The position numbers were made by a program, and so were the translations under genes. Below are positions 11,547-22,780 of a stretch of DNA of 64,000 bases, piece by piece. The DNA lies in assembly GCA_051313645.2 (NCBI GenBank), contig JBNRSN020000029.1, forward strand, positions 23,312,001 through 23,376,000, read 5' to 3'. The first letter of the stretch is position 1. Each line of letters opens with the position of its first letter. Source of the DNA: Centroscyllium fabricii (Eukaryota). Under the pieces are notes generated by a model. The model was not told the DNA's origin and ran no database searches. It saw only the letters and a program-made list of their open reading frames with translations.

Positions 11547-11871
11547 TTATTACGTTTCACTGAATACTGCGGAAAACAGGATTTGTAATCGCAAATCTCG
11601 TCAAAATCGCAGTGGTGATGCAGCGCTGTGCCACTGCACACATCCTATCTTATTAAAGTAATTGCAGACCACTGGCGATCTTCAACGTCTTGGATGCAGG
11701 TGGGGCAGCAATCGTGACTTCCAGGCACTAAACGAAAGACTTGTGGGAGCAGAGGATCTGTTCCTTGATTTTAGATATGTGTATATTTCCTGAAATTCAC
11801 TTCTTTATGTGAGCTGTTTCCCTGAATCTGCTCACAATTCTTTCCATAAAAGGAACGTCGCCGGCAGCAGG

Positions 11872-11927
11872 GGTCGCACAGCCCAATGGATAAGGCGCCT
11901 GACTTCGGTATGAATCGTTCAGTTATC
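11872..11927 (+). pseudogene. 5' exon plus intron of tRNA-Arg(TCG)
   Basis: AATGGATAAGGCGCCTGACTTCGG[TATGAATCGTTCAGTT]ATC; part of a local duplication of about 11040-11210. Confidence 0.8.
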
Positions 11928-12049
11928 TACAGAATGTCCACTTGCAGAGACAGGGCGCAAAAAACATCAGGCATTAACTCAAAATCCTAATTATAGGGAC
12001 AGTTAATGTTCTGGGGTGCGAAATTCGGTCACAGCTGCAAACAAATATG

Positions 12050-13252
12050 TGTACGAGAGAGAGAAAGTAATTTCTCTGGTGGGAGGGTCCAGCAAAATAG
12101 GCCACAACCGTAAAATTAGAGCTACACCGTTCAAACATGATGGGCCAGAATTTTGTCTGTGCAGGTTGGTGCGTGCGCTAGGACCCTGCGGACACCTATC
12201 GCACGCACCAACATCGCACAGAAGTTGCACCCTGACTTTCCTCCCCGTTCCTGCGCTGCGTGGCAGTCCAGCCACGCTGGGAGCGCAGATGATACGCTGC
12301 CGTCGTGCGTGGGCATCAGTGATGCCCCGCCCCCAGATCACCGATTTACATTAAAAAACGCCCCCAGATCCCCAATTTAAATTAAAAAACTCCCCCGTTT
12401 TAGAGTCGGACCCGGTAGGGAGCAGGGACGTGAGGCGCTGCAGCCAAAGACTCGGCGGGGAGCAGCGCGGGCAGAGCAGCTTCTCAGAGGAAGAAACGCA
12501 AGGTAAGTCTCTGCCATTTATTCTCTTAGATTTTTTACAATAGCTAGATAGTTAAAAATTTCAGAAATTTAACTTTAAAAATTAGCGATTTGAAACAGGT
12601 AAATTAACTTAAAATCGGATTTGTAATTAAAAAAAAAAATACTTTAACTTAAAAATTTAACGCTACCGATTTGGCCGCATTAATCCCCAAAACTGTAAAA
12701 AATTAAAATTAAAGTTAAAAAATTAACTTACCTGCTTTTGTAACTAAATCTTGTCCCTCACGAACGAGTTACTACTGTTTCTCCCGGGTGCAGCTTGTGG
12801 GCCAGTTGCCCACAGAATCACTCACCAAAAATCACCCTTTTTGGATTCCAAATTCTGGGTGCAACTCACTCCTGCGTTTGATGCTGAGGGCCCTTCTCCC
12901 TCAGCATTCGAAATCTCCGTTCCGTAGGCATCCCGCACGGGGCATTTTGGCCCCCTCCGTGAGTGTGCAGCTACTGTGGTCAACACGAAATTCTGGGCCG
13001 ATGTAAGGAAGCGCTTCTTCACCCCGAGGTTAGTGGGAATCTGGAACACTCTCCGACAAAATGCTGTTGAGGCTGGGGTCAATTGCCAATTTTAAAATTG
13101 AGGTGGATAGATTTTTGTAAGGCGAGGATCTGAAGGTTTATGGAGTGAGAGCAGGTAATAGGAGTTAAGACACAGATCAGCCAAGATCGACTTGAATATC
13201 GGAGCAGGCTCGACTGCTCAATGGGCCCCCTCCTGTTTCTATGTTCCTATGA
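12050..13252 (+). mobile_element. CR1 3'-end fragment interrupted by a MITE
   Basis: Reads GHNRKIRATPFKHD|VRKRFFT..VGIWNTLRQ across the insertion; ends TTTCTATGTTCCTATG. Confidence 0.75.
12142..12999. mobile_element. Non-autonomous DNA transposon (PIF/Harbinger-like MITE), 858 bp, 3-bp TSD GAT
   Basis: Termini GGGCCAGAATTT...GAAATTCTGGGCC; GAT at 12139-12141 and 13000-13002; removal restores the host CR1 frame. Confidence 0.85.
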
Positions 13253-13365
13253 TTGAAACAGTTGTAAACACACGTTGCATTTTATTTATATTTAGCAGCA
13301 AATATATTCATGCTGTGCGCAACTCTGCTGTGTTGAGAGCCAACACCCCGCTGCTGATATGTGCC

Positions 13366-13437
13366 ACCGTTGTCGTAAAATGGCTGATGATCTGCGTTGC
13401 AACCGCAGCAGCCTCGGCGCGAATCCCTCTTACAGCC
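13366..13437 (+). pseudogene. Decayed tRNA-His pseudogene
   Basis: TCTGCGTTGCAACCGCAGCAGCCTCGG..CGAATCC followed by CAGCTCGCTTTATG, the same 3' flank as His at 1100. Confidence 0.7.
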
Positions 13438-14826
13438 CAGCTCGCTTTATGTCGTCTGTACTCTGATAGACCTGGGACACATCAGTATTTACCACCTGAA
13501 GAAATGTGTCTTGTTGGTGATGAAAACCTATTTACTCCTTCAAATTCCCGCGCTCTCACAGGCCTGTGTTATTGCTCCATAATACAACCCCGGCAACGTT
13601 ATCTTCCTTCCACAATCGCCAGACTCCTTTACTTTCCTCCTTCCATTTCATTGTCACTTTGCTGCGGTACTGCGTAATCTAACATTCACTTTCAGCTGTT
13701 TACCCCGTATTTTTGATCTGCTACCACCGCTGCTTTGGGCACAGGACCCATTAGCTCCAATGTGCCTTACAATCAGTCGATTCATTTAGATATGTGGGAC
13801 TGCTCGACAGAGAAGTGCTGGAAAAATGGGGCCGGCCTTCGGACGGAAAGCGGCCCGATTTTTCATGAAATTTTCTTAGGGAATCTTGTGATCCAGGGCC
13901 TTAACTGAAGAACTGGATTTCATTATCGTGCTGGTTGGCGCTTTTCAAAAAGCAGTTGAGATGCGTAAATGACGGGCAGCGCCAGCTCGCTGCCAAGGAG
14001 GGTTTAAATGTGAAACTTCGGCCGCTGGGGCGGTGCAGGAAGATCGAATGTGATACGACTTAATCTTTACAGGTCTTTTGAATTGTGCGATTGAAACAAT
14101 CAATGGAAACACGAAAAGGGCACTAGTGGGTGAAAGCAGCGATTACAAGAGGTTGGCCATAATTGAAAGGTCTTTGAATGTCCGTGGTACGGGACGCTGT
14201 GTTCATTATGAAGAGCGGGAGCAGAATAAAGTTTAAAAGAAATGAAATGTACAAAGCTGGTGCCAATCAGAAAACTGCGCTGGCCTGAAATTGATAGAAA
14301 GTATGAAATTAATTTAATTTTCAATTGATAAAGTAAACCATTGTTCCAGCTTCCAAGGCTGGATTGCTCTTTGTTGGCCGGCGGGGCCATGTTGGGCCGA
14401 AAGGGCCTCCTTTCGTGCTGTAACCTTCTATGATTCTATGATTCCTCATCGTTTGATTTTCCCGTTAATCTTTCAAGTATTGTAAAGCCCCTGTAGATAG
14501 AGTTCGCTCTCATCTTCTCCCATCGATGTGACAATGAAACAGGAGGAGGCGAGGATTGCCCCGAACAGCAGAGCTGGGCACTGACTCTGGTTCTATTGCT
14601 GCAGAAGTTGTTCAGTTCCTCTAAAGATTGCCCTCACCATTGAAACGCCTGTTATAACTCACTGGCTTGAAACGGTCTATGTTATAATAAGTTGGAAAGT
14701 TTCAATCAAATAGATTTTAATACATCTGCAGAAAGACGATGTTAGGATTGGAACTGGTAAGCTTTTGATCACAGAGTCAACATCAAAATCATGCTTCATG
14801 TCAAATAATGCAGGAAAGTGCGAACA

Positions 14827-15237
14827 AGCGAGGCCCAGAGCACAGCGGCAGCGCGACGTGGAGCGGACCTAGGGGGGGTCCCATAGTCGGCGGCGGCGGC
14901 GGAAATAGCAGCGAGGAGGCGGCTACAAAAGTCGCCGAGGAGCGAGGCCCAGAGCACAGCGGCAGCGAGGCCCAGAGCACAGCGGCAGCGCGACGTGGAG
15001 CGGACCTAGGGGGGTCACATAGTCGGCAGTGGCGGCGGAAATAGCAGCGAGGAGGCGGCTACAAAAGTCGCCGAGGAGCGAGGCCCAGAACACAGCGGCA
15101 GCGAGGCCCAGAGCACAGCGGCAGCGCGAGGTGGAGCGGACCGAGGGGGTGTCCCATAGTCGTCGGCAGCGGTGGAAATAGCAGCGAGGAGGCGGCTACA
15201 AAAGTCGCCGAGGAGCGAGGCCCAGAGCACAGCGGCA
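14827..15237 (+). repeat. CR1 5'UTR tandem monomers (~136-137 bp period, ~3 copies, with 23-bp subrepeat)
   Basis: AGCGAGGCCCAGAGCACAGCGGC units at 14941, 15077, 15214. Confidence 0.9.
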
Positions 15238-15241
15238 GGAG

Positions 15242-15287
15242 TTTCGCGGGCTTTTTTCAAAGCCAGGGGGCGGGGCCAATCTATTGG
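15242..15287 (+). promoter_or_regulatory. Candidate CR1 internal promoter: E2F-like site, GC box, CCAAT and inverted CCAAT
   Basis: TTTCGCGG at 15242; GGGGGCGGGGC-CAAT-CT-ATTGG at 15266-15287; TATATAAG near 15562. Motif match only. Confidence 0.45.
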
Positions 15288-15726
15288 TACCCATATAGGT
15301 GGAGCAGTTGCTAAACCCGAGACACTACACTAGTAGTCTCTCCCACCCTTCCACCTCCTCTAACCTTTAGGGTTAGAGGGAATTTAAAAGGTAGGTGATT
15401 TATTGTTTATATTTAGAGACTGAACTTAAGTGGAAGCGGCTCCTGGACTGAGGTAGCAGTCGGTGGCAGCAGCAGGACCAGGGCAGGAGTTTTTCGCGGG
15501 TCTTTCTTTTCAGGAGCAGGCAGCGGGACGGTACTAGGAGGAGACAACAGGAGGCGGCGGCTATATAAGGGCAAGCAGGGTAAGTGATTTTTTTTATTTT
15601 TATTTTTCTTTATTTTTCTGCGGTCTCTGTGGTATAACGGGGACATCTGGTTGACTAGCACCCTAGTATATATGTTGTTTTTTTGGTGGTGTTAATTTTT
15701 TTTTAAAGTAATTAGAGGGGTACCTC

Positions 15727-16677
15727 ATGTCAGTGGAGCTCGGTGCCGTGCTTTGCTCCTCCTGCCACATGTGGGAAGCCAGGGACACCACTGGAGTCCC
15801 TGATGACCATGTGTGTGGGAAATGCGTCCACCTTCAGTTACTGACTGACCGCATTGCGGCACTGGAACTGAGGGTGGATGGGTTATGGAGCATTCGCGAT
15901 GCTGAGAGGTGCGTGGATGACTCATACAGTGAGCTGGTCACACCGCAGGCTAAGGGTGTGTAGGCAGAAGGGAAATGGGTGACCATCAGAAAGAACAGTA
16001 AGGCCAGGCAGGAAGAGCAGGAAACCCCTGTGGCCATCCCCCTCACGAACAAGTATACCGTTTTGGATACTGTTGGGGGGAACGACCTACCAGGGGAATG
16101 CAGCAGTGGCCAACCTCCGGGCACTGGGGTTGCTTCTGCTGTTCAGCTGGGGGGGAAAAGGCGTGAGAGAGCGATAGTGGTAGGGGACTCTATCTTAAGG
16201 GGAGCAGATAGGCGTTTCTGTGGCCGTAGACGTGACTCGAGGATGGTCTGTTGCCTCCCTGGTGCCAGGGTCAAGGATGTCACGGAACGGCTGCAGGGCA
16301 TCCTGAAAAGGGAGGGAAACCAGTCAGAGGTCGTTGTACACATAGGAATCAGCGACATAGGTAAAAAGAGGGATGAGGTCCTGCAACAAGAATTCAGGGA
16401 GCTAGGCAGAAAATTAAAGTGCAGGACCTCAAAGGTTGTAATCTCTGGATTACTCCCTGTGCCACGATTTAGTGAGTATAGGAATAGAAGGATAGAGCAG
16501 CTTAATACGTGGCTCAAGACTTGGTGCAGGAGGGAGGGCTTTAGTTTCCTGGATAACTGGCCCTGTTTCTGGGAAAGGTGGGACTTGTATGGGGATGACG
16601 GTCTCCACCTTAACCGGAGGGGGACCAATATCCTGGCGGGGAGGTTTGCTAGCATGGTTGGGGAGTGTTTAAACTAA
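15727..16677 (+). pseudogene. CR1 ORF1 (zinc finger, coiled coil, SGNH esterase) with one in-frame stop
   Basis: CSSC..CGKC, VVGDSILRG, VVHIG, DGLHLN; ORFs 15727 and 15979 share a frame separated by TAG at 15961. Confidence 0.92.
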
Positions 16678-16679
16678 CT

Positions 16680-19634
16680 TGGCAGGGGGTTGGGATAGGT
16701 AGTGGAAAAGCGGGAGGTCATAGGAAGCCAGAAACAAATGGTAGGAAGGTGAGAAACAATAAGCAAGGGAGAGAAACACAAAGGGCCAAACAAATTCATA
16801 ATAGAGTGATCAGAACAAGCCTAAAGGCTTTGTATCTTAATGCAAGAAGCATTAGGAACAAGGTGGATGAACTAGCTGTGGAAATAGAGGTAAGCAAATA
16901 TGAGTTGATTGGAATTACTTAAACATGGCTGCAGGGGGGGCAAGGCTGGGAACTCAACATCCCGGGGTATACAACATTCAGAAAGGTTCGGCACAAAAGA
17001 AAGAGAGGTGGGGTGGCATTGCTGGTGAAAGAGGGGATAAATGCAATTGAAAGGAAGGATATTAACTCAGATGATACGGAATCTATATGGGTAGAACTAA
17101 GAAATAGTAAAGGGCGGAAAACATTAGTGGGAGTTATATACAGGCATTCAAATAGTAATATGGAGGTGGGGGACGGCATAACAAGGGAAATTAGAGAAGC
17201 TTGCAATAAGGGCACAGCTGTCGTCATGGGCGACTTTAATCTACATATTGATTGGACTAGCCAAGTTAGTAAAAATACTGAGGAGGAGGAATTCCTAGAA
17301 TGTCTACGGGATGGGTATCTGGACCAATATGTCGAGGAACCAACTCGGGATCAGGCCATCTTAGACTGGGTATTGTGCAATAAGAAGGGACTAATTAGCA
17401 ATCTAGTTGTACGAGGCCCCTTGGGTCGGAGCGATCATAATATGATCGAATTCTCAGTTGAGATGGAAAGTGAAAAGATCAACTCAGAGACTAAGGTCCT
17501 GAATTTAAATAAAGGGAATTATGAAGGTATGAGAAGGGAATTAAGCAAGATAGATTGGGCAGTGTTCCTGGGGGGATTGAATGTGGATAGACAATGGCAA
17601 GCATTCAAGTATAGGATGGAAGAAATACAGAACTCGTTCATAACGGTTTGGCATAAGAATAAACCTAGAAAGGTGACTCAACCGTGGATAACAAGGGAAA
17701 TAAGGGATAACATTAAACCCAAAAAATGGACATATCAATTGGCCAAAAAAAGTACTAGGCCGGAAGATTGGGAGCAGTTCAGGATACAGCAAAGGAAGAC
17801 AAAGGGATTAATCAGGAGGGGGAAGATACATTATGAATGTAAGCTTGCGGCAAACATAAAAACTGACTGCAAAAGCTTTTATAGGTACATCAAGAGGAAA
17901 AGATTGGTAAAATCCCAAGTCGGTCCCCTGCAGTCCGATTCAGGGGAATATATAATGGGGAATAAAGAAATGGCAGACCAACTAAATTCATATTTTGGTA
18001 CTGTCTTCACAAAGGAGGACACAAGCAACCTCCCTGGGATAGCAGCGAACATAGGGTCTAATGCAAGGGAGGAGCTGACAGATATCAGTATTTCTAGGGA
18101 AATGGTTTTGGGGAAGTTGAAGGGATTGAAGGCCGACAAATCCCCAGGGCCTGATAATCTACATCCTAGGGTACTTAAAGAGGAAGCCCTGGAAATAGAG
18201 GGTGCTTTAAGGATCATTTACCAGAACTCGATAGACTCTGGATCAGTACCCATGGATTGGAGGGTGGCTAATGTTACCCCACTATTTAAAAAGGGAGGGG
18301 GGCAGAGAGAAAGCAGGGAATTATAGACCAGTAAGCCTTACATCAGTAGTGGGCAAAATGCTCGAGTCCATTATCAAGGATGTAATCTCGGAGCATTTGA
18401 CAATTAGGGATGAGATCGGACAGAGTCAACATGGATTTACAAAAGGTAAATCATGTTTAACTAATCTATTGGAATTCTTTGAGGAAGTAACTCGGAAAAT
18501 AGATGGGGGAGATCCAGTAGATGTGATGTACCTTGACTTCCAGAAAGCCTTCGATAAGGTTCCACATAAAAGATTAGCATGTAAAATTAATGCTCATGGG
18601 ATTGGGGGCAAAGTTTTGATGTGGATAGAGAACTGGTTGGCAGACAGAAAACAGAGAGTTGGAATTAACGGCTCGTTTTCTGAGTGGCAGCCGGTGACTA
18701 GTGGAGTACCGCAGGCGTCTGTCCTTGGACCTCAGCTGTTTACAATATATATTAATGATCTGGATCAGGGAATTGAATGTAATATCTCCAAATTCGCGGA
18801 TGACACCAAACTAGGAAGGGGGGGGCAGGCTCTGAAGAGGGTGTCAGGAAGTTACAGGGCGATTTGGATAAGTTGGGGGACTGGGCAGATAGATGGCAGA
18901 TGCACTATAATGTGGATAAATGTGAGGTTATCCACTTTGGGGGCAAAAACAGGAGGGTAGATTACTACTTAAATGGCAATAGATTGGGAGATGGTGAGGT
19001 GCAGAGAGACCTGGGTGTTCTTGTGCACCAGTCGCTGAAGGCGAGCACGCAGGTGCAGCAGGCAGTTAGGAAGGCAAATGGTATGTTGGCCTTCATATCA
19101 AGAGGGTTCGAGTATAGGAATAAGGATACCTTACTGCAGCTGTACAAGGCACTGGTGAGACCACACCTCGAGTATTGTGTACAGTTCTGGTCGCCTCGCC
19201 TGAGGAAGGATGTTCTTACCATGGAAGGAGTGCAGCGTCGTTTCACCAGGCTGATTCCTGGAATGGTAGGAATGACCTACGAGGAGAGATTGTGTAGTCT
19301 GGGCTTGTACTCGTTGGAGTTTAGAAGATTGAGAGGCGATCTCATTGAGACGTATAAAATTCTGAAAGGTCTGGACAGGTTAGATTCAGAGAGAATGTTT
19401 CCAATGGCGGGGGAGTCCAGAACCACGGGCCACAGTCTAAGGATAAGGGGTAAACCATTTACGACAGACATGAGGAGGAATTTCTTCACTCAGAGAGTGG
19501 TGGGCCTGTGGAATTCCCTGCCACAGAGGGCAGTGGAGGCCAGTTCGTTGAACATATTCAAGAGGGAATTGGATATATTTATTCAAGCTAAAGGGATTAA
19601 AGGTTATGGAGAAAAGGCGGGGACGGTGTACTAG
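16680..19634 (+). pseudogene. CR1 ORF2 (APE endonuclease plus reverse transcriptase), one stop and two G-run frameshifts
   Basis: YLNARS, IGIT*TW (TAA 16920), [38 protein letters not shown]; frame changes near 18297 and 18820. Confidence 0.95.
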
Positions 19635-20164
19635 CTTGCTAAAGATCAGCCATGATCTCATTGAATGGCGGAGCAGGCTCGAAGGGCTGAATGGCCTACT
19701 CCTGCTCCTATCTTCTATGATTCTATGATAAGTAAAGCCAGAAAGACTCACAATTCCACAGCGCCTTTCATGGCCACCGAACGTGCCAAATCGCTTTAGA
19801 AACAATGAAATACTTTCGAAGTGACTTCACTGCTGTATGGAGGAAACGCAGCAGCCAATGGAATGGAAGGAAGGGTGGGAAAATCTATCTCTAATCCGTG
19901 ATCTCTATTGCATTAGAACTGGTTTAATTATTACTTTGAGAAAGTGGGAGAATTTTACACAGCGACTGAAAATATTGTCTTACTTGGGGACTGTAAGAGA
20001 GAGAGACAGAAAAACAGAGATAGATATTGAGACTGAGACAAAGTGATAGGTGGAAAGATTGAAAGACCGACAAGAAGAACAGCAGAAAGATTTAGAGATA
20101 AATCTGCATTTGACGAACAACGACTATCCCTATATAGAGTAACGTGAAACGCTGACATGGCATC

Positions 20165-20257
20165 GGCTCTGTGGCGCAATGGGTAGCGCATTGGACTAGT
20201 ATAACTGATCGGCTTAAAATTATTCAAAGGTATTGGTTCGAGTCTTAGCCGGGATCG
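20165..20257 (+). pseudogene. Intron-containing tRNA-Arg(TCT)-body pseudogene with altered anticodon
   Basis: GGCTCTGTGGCGCAATGGGTAGCGCATTGGACT-AGTA..[~20 nt]..ATTCAAAGG..GGTTCGAGTC. Confidence 0.82.
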
Positions 20258-20509
20258 GTGGTGAAATTTTGCCTCTGTCATTGTATCTTTCGAAACCATT
20301 TTCCGCTGGTGTTACAGGTTAGATCAGAAGTGGCTGATCAAGGAAGCCTGCGAACACTAACAGGGGGAAAACAGAGAGAAAATATACAGTTAGGTAGAGA
20401 TAGATTGATGGCTGCAAAGAACGTGAAGGGTTTGTGGGTAATGTCTGTGCGGAATTTACGGTGCAGATTGGGAGAGGTTCCTCCCGCCTCCTGAAATCAA
20501 CAAATTTTT

Positions 20510-20960
20510 CCAAGACTTGAGCACAAAAATCTAGGCTGACAGTTCAGTGCAATACTGGTGCAATAGCAGGCAATGACCACGGAGGAGGCGCTAACGCGCG
20601 GTCAAAAAGCAGACCGTTAACCGGTCTGTTAAAAACTCCATCCACCACTTCGAAAGAAGACACGACAAGAAGAAGGAGATGCCGTCTTTTGGGTGAGGCG
20701 GTAAAGCGATGGCCCTGTATGGCCTCTCATGTGAACTGCAAATACTATTTCGACGAAGAGCAGGGTAATTAGCCCTGTTGTCCTGGCTAATATTTATCCC
20801 TCAATTAACAGAACTAAAACAGGATGTCGGTTCCTATCTGATTGTGGGAGCTTGCTGTGCGCAATTTGGCTGCCACGTTTCCTATAACACAACAGTGAAT
20901 ACACGTCGCAAGTACCTCATTTGTAGTAAAACTTTTTGGGACATCATTGATCAATGCAAA
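20510..20960 (+). mobile_element. Deu-domain SINE interrupted by ~115 bp of unrelated sequence
   Basis: GACTTGAGCACAAAAATCTAGGCTGAC...GGAGATGCCGTCTTT..CTATTTCGACGAAGAGCAGGG..GTCCTGGCTAATATTTATCCCTCAA..GTGGGAGCTTGCTGTGCGCAA. Confidence 0.75.
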
Positions 20961-21399
20961 ACATTTTTATTTTTATTTTCTATACCCGGAACCAATAAAC
21001 ATGGAAGTGAAACGATATTTGTAGAAAGGGCTGTGAGACTGTGGAATACACTGGCCCAGAGCAGCAGATTTAAAACAATGTTTAAAAACCGGCAGCATGT
21101 GGGAAAAAGGGAAGAGAGAGGCAAGAGAGTCACGGGAAAGATCACTTTGGATACTACTGGCCCCGAATCTGCGTTAAATCATCCCACTGCAGTTTAAACA
21201 CATTTATTTTCTTATTGATATATTGAAGCATTTGAGTAATAAAGGAGATTTAATGCTGCCTCTGGTTGGATATGTTTAAACCCGAACGCTGTGTTTAGGC
21301 TCTACCTGAATATTTATTGCTAACCCACATTCAGTTTATAATCTGGAGACAGGGTTTCTGCAGCCGGTGAAAAGGGAGCAGAGGCTGACATTGATTCTT

Positions 21400-22210
21400 A
21401 CCCCGGCACCTTCCCGTGCAAGCACAGGAGATGCAGCACCTTCCCTTTCAACTGCCCCCTTCCCACCGTCCAGGGCCCGAAACACCCGCTCCAGGTGAAA
21501 CAGCGAAATCCTTGTACTTCTTTCAATGTAGTAAACTGTATTCGCTGCTCACACCGCGGCCACCTCTACATTCGGGGGAACAATCGCAGATTGTATGATC
21601 GCTTTGTGGAGCACCTTCATTCGGACCGCAAGCGTGACTCTGAGCTTCTGTCCTCGGCCTCCTATACTTTTCAAATAAAGCTCACTGGAAGCTCGAGGAA
21701 CAGCACCTCATCATTTCATCCAGATTCAATTTCAGTTCATCAATTTCAGTTCATCAATTTCAATTCATCAATTTCAGTTCATCAATTTCAGTTCATCAAT
21801 TACAGTTCATCAATTCCAGTTCATCAATTTCAGTTCATCAATTCCAGTTCATCAATTTCAGTTCATCAATTTAAGTTCATATCCACTGTTCCCATTGTGT
21901 GGACAGCAGCTGTTGATAATGACGCTGCTGTTGCCATTTACACCTCCTCTGGATCCATCTTCTGTTTCTTTATTGTCCAATTTCCGCCCTTTTTACCTTG
22001 CACCATTATCTCTTTTGTCATTAAATCTTTCCAGACCTTCCCCGTGATATTTCCTCTGCTCCCCCTTTGCCTGCGATTGTATTTGCTTTAAACCTGTTAC
22101 ATTTCTAACTTGTTCCAGTTCTGATGAAAGCTCGTCGATCTGCAATGATAACTCTGTGTCTCTCTTCACAGACGCTGCCCGACCTGCTGAATGTTTCCAA
22201 CATTTTCAAC
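21400..22210 (+). mobile_element. Penelope-like 3' fragment (GIY-YIG remnant, 3'UTR with decayed hammerhead at 22121)
   Basis: VVNCIRCSHRGHLYI..RRLYDRFVEHL; CCAGTTCTGATGAA...CACAGACGCTGCCCGACCTGCTGA. Confidence 0.75.
21728..21880 (+). repeat. 14-bp minisatellite (TTTCAGTTCATCAA)n, about 10-11 units
   Basis: Directly visible tandem array with single-base variants. Confidence 0.92.
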
Positions 22211-22509
22211 ATCTTTTGCAATATTCCTGCTGTTTATATTAATTATCCTGCAGAGTATTCGTACTGTTCTTAACATCTTCTATTACAGTTAATATCAGAG
22301 GCGTAACATTATTTTAATGACCAATGCAATTCGTTTAGACTTGCGGTTAGACAACAAATTGAATATCTAATACTCAGCCCAATAATGATTGCGGAGGTAA
22401 AACACAGGGTTCAGGTTCAGTAATTAGAGAATTTGTGGTCAGGCAGATCTAAGTGTATCGACTGGATTCTTGCACCAATGACTATTGGAACGAATGGGAC
22501 ATGTGAACC

Positions 22510-22690
22510 CCATCTCCGGTGGGTCTGTCCTGCCGGTGGGACAGGAAGTACACAGGAATGGTGATGGAGGAGTCTGGGACTTTGTTGAAAGGTGTGATTC
22601 TTTGAGTCGGACTATTTGAGTACGACTATGTCCGATTGTTACTTGACTACTCTGTGGGGCAGCTCTCCCACTTTGAGCAAAATCAAGTGA
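22510..22690 (-). mobile_element. Decayed LINE APE-endonuclease N-terminal fragment
   Basis: Reverse strand resembles GELSHRLVKQQPDIV..ESYL..VPD.SITIPGY.LSHRQDRPTRGG in shifted frames. Confidence 0.45.
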
Positions 22691-22780
22691 GCACGAGTTT
22701 GCCAGGTCGATTGGGTGAGGATTTAGACCACACCTAGCGCACTGTGAACCGTTCAGAGATACCACATCTTACTAACCATA

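Larger units (their letters stand above)
1..15087 (+). repeat. Copy A of a ~48.9-kb-period direct duplication
   Basis: Sequence at 1 recurs at 48918; offset drifts only between about 48913 and 48923 over 15 kb (ORFs 861/49778, 6355/55277, 14808/63721). Confidence 0.97.
14810..19728 (+). mobile_element. Apparently full-length young CR1 LINE (~4.9 kb)
   Basis: GC-rich tandem 5'UTR, ORF1, ORF2, 3'UTR ending TCTTCTATGATTCTATGA. Confidence 0.95.

Noticed and set aside
14735-14790. Possible reverse-strand tRNA remnant just upstream of the CR1, suggesting tRNA-targeted insertion
   Set aside because: Only a weak B-box-like match; no TSD found and the second CR1 has no such neighbour.
14827-15237. 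23-bp repeats with intervening sequence resembling a CRISPR array
   Set aside because: Intervening segments are copies of each other, the context is a vertebrate LINE 5'UTR, and there are no cas genes.
21495-22091. 198-aa ORF with repeated SVHQFQFIN
   Set aside because: Read-through of a Penelope remnant and a 14-bp minisatellite.
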